Source: an uncultured bacterium
Lineage (GTDB): Bacteria > Krumholzibacteriota > Krumholzibacteriia > LZORAL124-64-63
Assembly (NCBI GenBank): GCA_963732385.1
Contig: CAVSZB010000007.1
Span: 736,001-800,000 of the forward strand
DNA length: 64,000 nucleotides
Direction: 5' to 3'
Below, one piece after another: positions 39,253 to 47,203 of the stretch. The translations under genes were made by a program, and so were the position numbers. Positions within the stretch are counted from its first letter, which is position 1. The number at the start of each line of letters is the position of its first letter. The notes beneath the pieces are model-generated. The model worked only from the letters and a program-made list of their open reading frames with translations. It searched no databases and was not told the origin of the DNA.

Positions 39253-39954
39253 CTACTGACTGTTCACGTCAATCCGATCGAGACAGAAGAAAAAAGCCGC
39301 AGCCCAAGAGCGCGGCGTGATGGCACAGAGTGCGTGGTTGCCTCTATGAATGAGCCAGGCCGCCCAGCGTCTCTTGCCAGGCGCAAAAAGCCGGTATGGC
39401 AAGACGTTTTGAGTCAGCACTCGGACGACGCGAAAACCGTGCTGCCCGAAAATCTGTGTCCATTCAGTCAGCGACTTGAGCTGGAGATGTTCGCTCCGTC
39501 GGCCCAACTTCACGGCCAGCTTGTCATAGAGCAGGCAATACAGGCCCGATCCATTCGGCACACTGATGAAAGCGCGTCCGCCTGGCACCAGAACGCGGTG
39601 CAACATGGTCAGAACCTCTTCGACTGCAGAAACGTGCTCGATCACCTGATTGGACACAACGAAATCGAAATGCCCCGATTCGAACGATTCAGGTCGCAGC
39701 TCGAAAACGCGAAACTGCCCTGCCGGATAGGTCTCTCGGGCTTTCCGTATCTTGGACTCGTCGATGTCGATGCCCAGCGTATCCACCCCAGCAGAAGCGA
39801 GGCGAGAGGTCATCCATCCGACGCCGCAGCCAAATTCGAGCGCGCGACTTGCCCCGCTGGCCCAATCCAGCACCCAGCTACAGTTTTCCTCGTACCAAGG
39901 CCACTCGAATGACCGTTCCAGATCGCCGCGTGGTTTCATCGGGATCGTTGTCAT
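39253..39954 (-). CDS. Class I SAM-dependent methyltransferase
   Basis: ALEFGCGVG, GIDID, FDFVVSNQVIEHV, RVLVPGG..ISVPN. Confidence 0.87.
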   Translation of the reverse strand: MTTIPMKPRGDLERSFEWPWYEENCSWVLDWASGASRALEFGCGVGWMTSRLASAGVDTLGIDIDESKIRKARETYPAGQFRVFELRPESFESGHFDFVVSNQVIEHVSAVEEVLTMLHRVLVPGGRAFISVPNGSGLYCLLYDKLAVKLGRRSEHLQLKSLTEWTQIFGQHGFRVVRVLTQNVLPYRLFAPGKRRWAAWLIHRGNHALCAITPRSWAAAFFFCLDRIDVNSQ

Positions 39955-40065
39955 TGCTTCGGACCTCTCGCGAGAGCCCCGCCGATCCATTGCTCCCTTG
40001 ATGACTGCCCTATTCGATCTCAACAGCCCGGTGGCCGATTCACCCGGGAGCGCTTCTGGATGTCC

Positions 40066-40311
40066 TCATCCGATATGCGCACCGGCACTAGCAACGTACC
40101 AGTCGATATCTTGGCCCTCCATAAAGACCGGGGTATTCGGGAAAATGACCTCGCTTGCCGCCCTTGCGAAGACGTCGCGCCGCAGTTGGGCGACACGCGA
40201 AGCGGGGAAGAACATTGCCAAGATCAGCAACAGAGATGGATGGGGCCACACCCTGCCCAAAACCACTGTGACAGCCATGGCTGCGATCATCCCAACCTTT
40301 CCCACCTTCAT
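40066..40311 (-). CDS. Small hydrophobic hypothetical protein
   Basis: 81 aa with hydrophobic N-terminus; its ATG overlaps (ATGA) the corrected stop of the upstream export gene. Confidence 0.3.
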   Translation of the reverse strand: MKVGKVGMIAAMAVTVVLGRVWPHPSLLLILAMFFPASRVAQLRRDVFARAASEVIFPNTPVFMEGQDIDWYVASAGAHIG

Positions 40312-42714
40312 CTTGAAAAGCTAATTCCCAGTCCTGTCGACGTCCTGTCGATTACGAGCCAGAACGTCGCCACGCTCGCGGCGATCGCGGCGATGTCCTT
40401 CAGGGTGCCGATCGTGTGGTCCTCATGCTGCGGCTTTCGCCGGGACGACGATGGTGCTGCCGGCCAGGACTTTGGGGTCGCGCCAGATCCTTTTGATCGG
40501 GCGGGAGAGGCCGTTGGGGTAGACGATGCGGGTCTTCCATTTGTCGGCGCCTTCGGCGTAGCCGCCGGCGGAGTCGATGTAGCTGCCGAGGCTTTGGCCG
40601 TGGCGGAAGACCAGGCTGGTGGGGAAGCCGATGGCGCCGGTGATCTTTACGGTTTCCTGGACTTCGGGGATCAGGAGTTCGTCGCCGGGGCGGAGGGTGA
40701 GGTCGTTGATGGAGCCCGGTTTGGTGAGGGCTTTTTCGAGGTCGATGGCGACGTTGCCGACGGCGTCGCTGGCGCGCTGGAGGCGGGCGGCGGGGAGGAA
40801 CGAAGTCTCCTTGAGGCCGCCGGCGCGGGCGACCAGTTCGCTGAGGCGTTCGTCGGGGCGCAGGAGGCTGTAGGCGCCGGGGTAGATGACCTCGCCGCGG
40901 ATGGTCACCACGCGCTGGAGTTCCCACCACGGGAGGCGGCGCACGGCGACGCGGTCGCGCGGCTGGAGGACGAACGGTTCGCCGGTGGCGAGGTAGTCGG
41001 GGCCGATGGTCACCTCGAACACGTCGACCACGTTGCCCGCGGGGGCGGCGGGGTCGCGACTGTCGAGCTGGTCGAGGCGCAGGCGTGACACTTCGGCTTT
41101 CAGCGGGTCGGCGGAGTCTTTCAGGCCGCCGGCTTTGAGCAGCAGGTCGCGCAGGGTCATGGCGGCGCGGTATTCGAAATCGCCGGGGCTGCGCACCTCG
41201 CCGGTGATCGACACCTGGTAGCGGTCGCGCACGTCCCAGATCGAGAAGATGCGCAGGCGGTCGCGCGGCTGGAGCGGCACCAGGGGGGCGCGGCCCGACA
41301 GGACCTCGCCGAGCGGGAGGCTCACCTGCTGGGCGGTGCCGTCGGCGGCGAGGCGCTCGATCAGGGCGCGGTCCTCCAGGGTGTCGGCCCAGGGGCCGCC
41401 GGCGTCGGCGACCAGGGCGGCCACGTCGAGGCCGTCGCGCCATTCGTAGCGGCCGGGGCGTTTCACGTTGCCGGCGATCTCGACCCAGTTCTCGAGGCGG
41501 TCGGGGATGCCGCCCACGGCGATCGTGTCGCCGTCGCGCAGCGTCGCGTCGACGCCGGGCGCGGGGCGGCCGGTGGCGGGGTCGAGCGGGATGTCGGTGG
41601 TCACGCGGTCGGGGGTCTGCGGGCGGCGCTCGGCGGGCGGCACGATCCGCTCGAGGTGCACCCGGTCGGTGGCGGCGGTGCCGAGCAGGCCGCCGCCGAA
41701 GCGCAGCAGGTCGGGCAGCCCCTCCCCCGGACTCAGTTCGAAGGTCAGCGGGCGGCGTACGGCGCCGCGCAGGCTGACCGTGGTGCCGCGCGGCGGGATG
41801 AACACCGTGTCCCCTTCGCGCAGGATGGCGTCCCCCTCGCGCCGGCCCTCGAGCAGGTAACCGTAGAGATCGAGCGAGCCGACCAGTTCGCGGCCGCGCA
41901 GCAGACGCACGTCGCGCCAGGAGCCGGCGACGGCGGGGCCGCCGGCGGCGTAGAGCGCGGTGAAGACCGTCGACACGCCGCTCAGGTCGTAGGCGCCGGG
42001 CTGGACGGCGTCCCCCACGACGAACACGCGGATCGGGCGCAGGCTGCCCAGCGACACCCGCACGAACGTCGTGCCCGAATTGATGCCGGAATAGCTGCGG
42101 CCGAGCGCCTCGCTCACCGCCTCGCTGACCTGCGCCAGCGTGCGGTTCCAGCAGGTGATGCGGCCCCCCTTGGGCAGGATGATCGTGCCGTCACGGTCGA
42201 CCAGCCGCTCGATGCGCAGCTCGACCTCGCCCCAGACATCGACCACGACCTGGTCGCCGGACCCGAGGAGATAGTCCTCCGGCACGGGGCCGAAACCGGC
42301 GGGGCTGAAGACGCCGGGATCGAGGCGGAAGAAGTCGGCGCCGAAGAAGCCCTCGCGCGCGTCGAGCGCCGCCTTGACGTCCGCTTCGCGGGCGCGCTCG
42401 GCGGCGGTCGGCGGGCCGGAGTCGGCGCCCGGCAACACGACGACCGGCGCCCCGACCGGCAGGGCGGTCGTGCCCGGAGGCGCCACCGTCTCGGGCGAGG
42501 CGGTCGTGGCTGCGGGCGCTCCGTTCTCGCGCGCGAGGCGCAGCAGTTCCTCGCGGCTCAAACCGCTGCGGCGCGCCGCCTCGTCGAGCAGGGCGGGCGG
42601 CAGCTCCTGGGCCAGGGCACGGCCCGCCGGCGCCAAAGAGACCGGCAGCAGCAGGGCGGCGAAAATCCATAGGATGGCAGCGCGCGCGCGGCGCGAGACA
42701 TATCTCCGGGACAA
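40308..42714 (-). CDS. SLBB-repeat polysaccharide export protein (Wza/KpsD-like); frameshift at 40435-37 truncates the C-terminal helix
   Basis: 'DYLLGSGDQVVVDVWG', 'VDRDGTIILP', several 'V.I.GxV..PG.Y' SLBB repeats; removing one A restores 'KPQHEDHTIGTLKDIAAIAASVATFWLVID'. Confidence 0.9.
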
Positions 42715-42744
42715 GCGGGCCCTCCTTGGCCGAGAGTGGAGTCG

Positions 42745-42773
42745 TTCATAGCACAGGGGTGGCAGACTGCCAA
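42745..42773 (-). promoter_or_regulatory. Putative sigma70 promoter heading the polysaccharide operon
   Basis: TTGGCA-17 nt-TATGAA with a TG extension, followed by an AAGGAGG RBS. Confidence 0.4.
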
Positions 42774-42839
42774 GCGGGAAACCGGGAGTTGCGGCGGAGG
42801 CGACCAGGCGCGACAGACCCCACGAACCGGGAAATGAGA

Positions 42840-42864
42840 ACGGGAGCCGGAGATCGGCTCCCGT
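42840..42864 (-). terminator. Hairpin after the lipoprotein gene (possible terminator)
   Basis: Perfect 10-bp stem ACGGGAGCCG/CGGCTCCCGT followed by TCTCATTT on the minus strand. Confidence 0.5.
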
Positions 42865-42886
42865 CAGGAAAGTGCGAGACCGGGCC

Positions 42887-43687
42887 CTACTCGCCGTCCT
42901 CGGCCAGGATCACGTTGTCGGCGCCCAGCTCCCACTGCTGGAACATGAAGTAATAGTCGGGATCCCCGAAGAAGAAGGTCACCTGGGTGACATCCTGGAT
43001 CAGGAGATTCCAGTCGGCGTCGTGGTCGCCACTGCCCCGCCCCAGGCGCACCACCCAGTCTTCGGGCAACGTCTCGGAGGCGTAGGGGATGTCGAACCAG
43101 TAGCTCTTGAAGCGGCCATTGTTGTTGGGAATGTTGTGCTTGCCCACATAGGTGATCTGCAGGTCGTCGTTCGGGTCCGTCGGCGTGCCCGGATCATGAC
43201 TCAGGATCAGGCTGAGGGGGCGACCCAGGGTGGTCAGGATCTCCGGTCCGTACACGGCCAGATCCACCCCCAGGGTCCGGACTCCGCGGGCCCGGTAGTT
43301 CCCGGTGAACCGGGAGGTCCTGCCGAGCTGCGTCCGGAATTGGGGCGCGTAGGTGTCCAGGCAGGCCAGGCCGTCGCAGGGGGAGTGCAGAAAAGCCCCG
43401 GGGTTGCCGCCTGCGGTTTCGATGATTTCCCGTGAAACATCCGCGTTGCCGTAGAAGCTCCAGTTCCCTTCGATCTCGGGTTCGTCGAAGGTCACCACAA
43501 AGGTGGGAAATACGTGCGAGTCTCCGCCGGGATCCTGCGGGGCAAGATTCTTCTCCGGGGACAGGGAACCCGGGTTGTCCACCCTGGATACATCGGGGGC
43601 CACGGACCGATCATCCGAGCACCCGGGGACCAGAAAAGCCAGGACCCCAAGCAGGGAAATGCATGCCGCGCCTTTGAGCAATTTCAT
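42887..43687 (-). CDS. Hypothetical lipoprotein (beta-rich)
   Basis: MKLLKG...LAFLVPG-C lipobox-like signal; GAGG RBS; AT-rich upstream region. Confidence 0.75.
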   Translation of the reverse strand: MKLLKGAACISLLGVLAFLVPGCSDDRSVAPDVSRVDNPGSLSPEKNLAPQDPGGDSHVFPTFVVTFDEPEIEGNWSFYGNADVSREIIETAGGNPGAFLHSPCDGLACLDTYAPQFRTQLGRTSRFTGNYRARGVRTLGVDLAVYGPEILTTLGRPLSLILSHDPGTPTDPNDDLQITYVGKHNIPNNNGRFKSYWFDIPYASETLPEDWVVRLGRGSGDHDADWNLLIQDVTQVTFFFGDPDYYFMFQQWELGADNVILAEDGE

Positions 43688-43823
43688 GGCGGAACCTCAA
43701 TAAATCAGCGGAGAAAATCTAATCCGATCTACGGATCGCTGGCGAGAAATTGAGCTTATCAGAGAAGTCCCGAAGAGGCAACAAATTCAGGAATATCGGC
43801 GGTTCTCCAGCATTTTCGTGCCT

Positions 43824-45254
43824 TCAGCGCCGTCGCGCCAGCGCCGCCGTCACCAGTTCGTTGGCGAGCGCGGGATTGGCCCGACCGCTGGTCGCCTTCA
43901 TCAGTTCGCCGACGAAGAAGCCGAACAGCTTCGTGCGGCCGCCGAGGTAGGCGGCCACCTGCTCCGGATGGGCGTCGAGCACGGCGGCGACGATGGCGCC
44001 GAGCGCGCCGGCATCGCTCTGCTGGCGCAGCCCCTGGCGATCGACGATGGCGGCGGCGGACTCGCCGGTCTCCACCATCTCCGCGAAGACCTCCTTGGCG
44101 ATCCGGCCGCTGAGGGTGCCGTCGCGCACCAGCGCCAGCAGGGCGGCCAGGGCGGGCGGGGCGACCGGAAAGTCGGCGAGGGCGAGGCCGCGTTCGTGGA
44201 GCGCTCCGAGCACCTCGGTCAGGATCCAGTTGCCGGCCGCGCGGCCGTCGCCCAGGGCGCCGGCGGTCGCTTCGAAGTAGTCGGCCAGCGGGCGGGTGTC
44301 GGCCAGGCGCGCCGCGTCGGCGGGCGGCAGGTCGTACTGCGCGACCAGACGCGCCTCCTTCGCGTGGGGCAGCTCCGGCAGCGTGGCGTTCACCGCCGCC
44401 AGTTCCTCCTCGGTCACGACCAGCGGCGGCAGGTCGGGCTCGGAAAAGTAGCGGTAGTCGTGCGCCTCCTCCTTCGAGCGCATGAAGACGGTGCGGCCGG
44501 CCGCGGCGTCCCACGCGTACGTCGCCTGGACGACGCGCCCGCCACCGGCGAGGATGGCCCCCTGCCGGTCGATCTCGTGGTCGAGCGCCTTCCAGACGCC
44601 GCGCAGCGTGTTCAGGTTCTTGATCTCGGTCCGCGTGCCGAGCGCCGTGGCGCCGCGCGGCCGCAGCGAGATGTTCGCGTCGCAGCGCAGGCTCCCCTCC
44701 TCCAGGTTGCCGTCGCAGATCTCCAGGTAGACCAGCAACTGCCGCAGGCGCGTCAGATAGGCGTGGGCCTCCTCGCCGCTGCGCAGTTCCGGGCGCGAGA
44801 CGATCTCGAGCAGCGGCACGCCGGCGCGGTTGAGGTCGAGGCGCGTGTTGCCGCTGCCGTGGATCGACTTGCCGGCGTCCTCCTCGAGATGGATGCGCTC
44901 GAGGCCGATCGCTCGCGCGCCGGCGCCGACACGGATCTCGAGTCGGCCGTCGGCGCAGATCGGCAGGTCGTACTGCGTGATCTGATAGCCCTTAGGCAGG
45001 TCGGGATAGAAGTAGTGCTTGCGCGCGAAGACCGAACGGCGCGCGATCGTCGACTCCGTGGCCAGGCCGAGGCGCAGGGCGAACGTCACGGCCCGTGCGT
45101 TGACCACCGGCAGCACACCCGGCAGGCCGAGGCAGACCGGACAGGTCTGACTGTTGGGGCCGGCGCCGTAGTCGGCGCGGCAGCCGCAGAACAGCTTCGT
45201 GGCCGTTCGCAGCTGCGCGTGGACCTCGAGGCCGATTACCGCGGCGAATTCCAC
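43824..45254 (-). CDS. gatB: Asp-tRNA(Asn)/Glu-tRNA(Gln) amidotransferase subunit B
   Basis: VIGLEVHAQL, FARKHYFYPDLPKGYQITQ, HLEEDAGKS, LRCDANIS, MRSKEEAHDYRYF. Confidence 0.97.
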   Translation of the reverse strand: MEFAAVIGLEVHAQLRTATKLFCGCRADYGAGPNSQTCPVCLGLPGVLPVVNARAVTFALRLGLATESTIARRSVFARKHYFYPDLPKGYQITQYDLPICADGRLEIRVGAGARAIGLERIHLEEDAGKSIHGSGNTRLDLNRAGVPLLEIVSRPELRSGEEAHAYLTRLRQLLVYLEICDGNLEEGSLRCDANISLRPRGATALGTRTEIKNLNTLRGVWKALDHEIDRQGAILAGGGRVVQATYAWDAAAGRTVFMRSKEEAHDYRYFSEPDLPPLVVTEEELAAVNATLPELPHAKEARLVAQYDLPPADAARLADTRPLADYFEATAGALGDGRAAGNWILTEVLGALHERGLALADFPVAPPALAALLALVRDGTLSGRIAKEVFAEMVETGESAAAIVDRQGLRQQSDAGALGAIVAAVLDAHPEQVAAYLGGRTKLFGFFVGELMKATSGRANPALANELVTAALARRR

Positions 45255-46765
45255 AGCGCCTCCTTCCGGGTCCGGAAGCCGCGCGCGCGCTCCACTTCGG
45301 CCGCCAGCGTGAACAGCCGCTCCTCGGCGAGCGCCGGCGCGATCAGCTGCAGCGAGAGCGGCAGGCCGTCACGGTCGAGGCCGGTCGGAACGCTGATCGC
45401 CGGCAGGCCGGTCAGGTTGGCCGGGACGGTGAAAACATCGCTCAGGTACATCTGCAGCGGATCGTCCAGGCGGGCGCCGAGCGGGAAGGCGGCGGTGGGC
45501 GCGGTCGGCAGGGCGATGGCGTCGCAGGCGACGAACGCATGCGCGAAATCGGCGCGCATCAGCGCGCGCGCCGCGACCGCCTTGCGGTAATAGGCGTCGT
45601 AGTAGCCGGCCGACAGCACGTAGGTCCCCAGCAGGATGCGGAGCTTCACCTCGTCGCCGAAACCGGCGGTGCGGGTGGCGGCGTACAGGTCGGCCAGCCG
45701 GTCGGCCTCGACGCGGGCGCCGTAGCGCACGCCGTCGTAGCGCGCCAGGTTCGACGACGCCTCGGCGGTGCTGATGATGCAGTAGGTGGCCAGGGCGTAC
45801 GGCACGGTCGGCAGCGCGACCTCCACCACCGCCACCCCCGCGCCGCGCAGGTCGTCGAGCGTCGAGCGGAAGTCGGCCGCCACGTCCGGATCGAGCCCTG
45901 CCGCGAGCAGCGACCACGGCACCCCCACCGTCAGGCCGCGCCCCGACCGTTCCAGCGCGCCGCACGGATCGCCCACCGGCGCGTCGAGGCAGGTCGCGTC
46001 GCGCCGATCGGGGCCGGCCAGCGTCGCGTAGACCAGCGCGCCGTCGGCCACGTCCTTGGTGAGCGGGCCGATCTGGTCGAGCGACGATGCGAAGGCCACC
46101 AGGCCGTGGCGCGACACGCGGCCGTACGTCGGCTTCAGCCCCACCACGCCGCAGCAGTGGGCCGGCTGGCGCACGCTGCCGCCGGTGTCGCTGCCGAGCG
46201 CGAAGAACGCGAGGTCGGCCGCCACGGCGGCCGCCGATCCGCCGCTCGAGCCGCCCGGGATTCGATCGACGTGCCACGGGTTGCGGGTCGGCCCTCCGGC
46301 CGCGTGCTCGGTCGAGGAGCCCATGGCGAACTCGTCCAGGTTGGTCTTGCCGAGGAAGTGCGCCCCGGCCGCGCGCAGCCGCTCCACCACCGCGGCCTCG
46401 TAAGGCGATCGGTAAGGCGCCAGCAGGCGCGAGCCGCAGTCGGACGGCTGGCCGCGGCTGACCAGATTCGCCTTCAGCGCCCCGGGGATCCCCCACAGCG
46501 GCGCCACCGCGACCGGCGGCGGCGTCCCGGTGGCCGGCGCCTCGGGCGCGTGCGGCGCGCGCGGGTCGGCGACGGCCCGGTCGGCCGCGGCGCGGGCCGT
46601 CGCCGCGTCGGGCGCCCCCTCGGCCAGCCAGCTGTAGCAGTGCAGCCGGCCGTCGCGCGCGGCGATGGCGGCCCGCACGTCGGCATCGAGCTCGGCCGGC
46701 GTGAAGTCGCCGGCCCGCAGCCGGCGCGCCGCCTCGCCGATCGTCAGCCGGTGCAGCTCACCCAT
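45236..46765 (-). CDS. gatA: Amidotransferase subunit A
   Basis: GKTNLDEFAMGSS, PGGSSGGSAAAV, GSDTGGSVRQPA, SSNLARYDG, RILLGTYVLSAGYYDAYY. Confidence 0.97.
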   Translation of the reverse strand: MGELHRLTIGEAARRLRAGDFTPAELDADVRAAIAARDGRLHCYSWLAEGAPDAATARAAADRAVADPRAPHAPEAPATGTPPPVAVAPLWGIPGALKANLVSRGQPSDCGSRLLAPYRSPYEAAVVERLRAAGAHFLGKTNLDEFAMGSSTEHAAGGPTRNPWHVDRIPGGSSGGSAAAVAADLAFFALGSDTGGSVRQPAHCCGVVGLKPTYGRVSRHGLVAFASSLDQIGPLTKDVADGALVYATLAGPDRRDATCLDAPVGDPCGALERSGRGLTVGVPWSLLAAGLDPDVAADFRSTLDDLRGAGVAVVEVALPTVPYALATYCIISTAEASSNLARYDGVRYGARVEADRLADLYAATRTAGFGDEVKLRILLGTYVLSAGYYDAYYRKAVAARALMRADFAHAFVACDAIALPTAPTAAFPLGARLDDPLQMYLSDVFTVPANLTGLPAISVPTGLDRDGLPLSLQLIAPALAEERLFTLAAEVERARGFRTRKEALWNSPR

Positions 46766-47093
46766 CGTTCCCCCCCAGGACCGGCGGCACCATGAAGAGG
46801 CCCCGCTCGGCCGCGGGCGAGAGCGCCGTCGCCTCGGTCACGGTCAGCGACGGGAGCGGATCGTCGGCGCGGCGCGGCGCGGCGCCGCTGCCGGCCGCCG
46901 CATCCGGGGCCAGGCCCGGCGTCGCGCCCGACGTCGCGCCCGACGTCGCGCCCGACGTGTCGAGTTCGCGCAACTGTTCCACGTAGGCCACCACCCGGGC
47001 GAGCCGGACGGCCAGGCGCTGCCGCTCGTCGTCGTCCAGACGCAGGGCGGCCAGCTGCTCGAGGTGACGCACCACGGTTTCGTCGATCGCCAT
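46758..47093 (-). CDS. gatC: Amidotransferase subunit C
   Basis: MAIDETVVRHLEQLAAL...YVEQLRELDT...GLFMVPPV; immediately upstream of gatA. Confidence 0.9.
   Translation of the reverse strand: MAIDETVVRHLEQLAALRLDDDERQRLAVRLARVVAYVEQLRELDTSGATSGATSGATPGLAPDAAAGSGAAPRRADDPLPSLTVTEATALSPAAERGLFMVPPVLGGNDG
46920..46958. repeat. 12-bp tandem repeat (3 copies plus partial) inside gatC
   Basis: CGTCGCGCCCGA x3, encoding SGAT repeats. Confidence 0.9.
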
Positions 47094-47203
47094 CGGCCTC
47101 TCCTTGCCCGGCTCCCGCCGCCGCGCGCCATAGTCTGGCGGTTTCGGGGCGAGTCCGCCACCCACAAGTGCGCTATATTCAGGGGAACGGAAAGGGGCGG
47201 CAC

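Noticed and set aside
40066..40068. Selenocysteine read-through of the in-frame TGA
   Set aside because: No redox-motif context and no convincing SECIS-like hairpin recognised; methyltransferases are not typical selenoproteins.
25000..40350. Prophage, ICE or IS-bounded island explanation for the low-GC region
   Set aside because: No integrase, transposase, tRNA target or terminal repeats seen.
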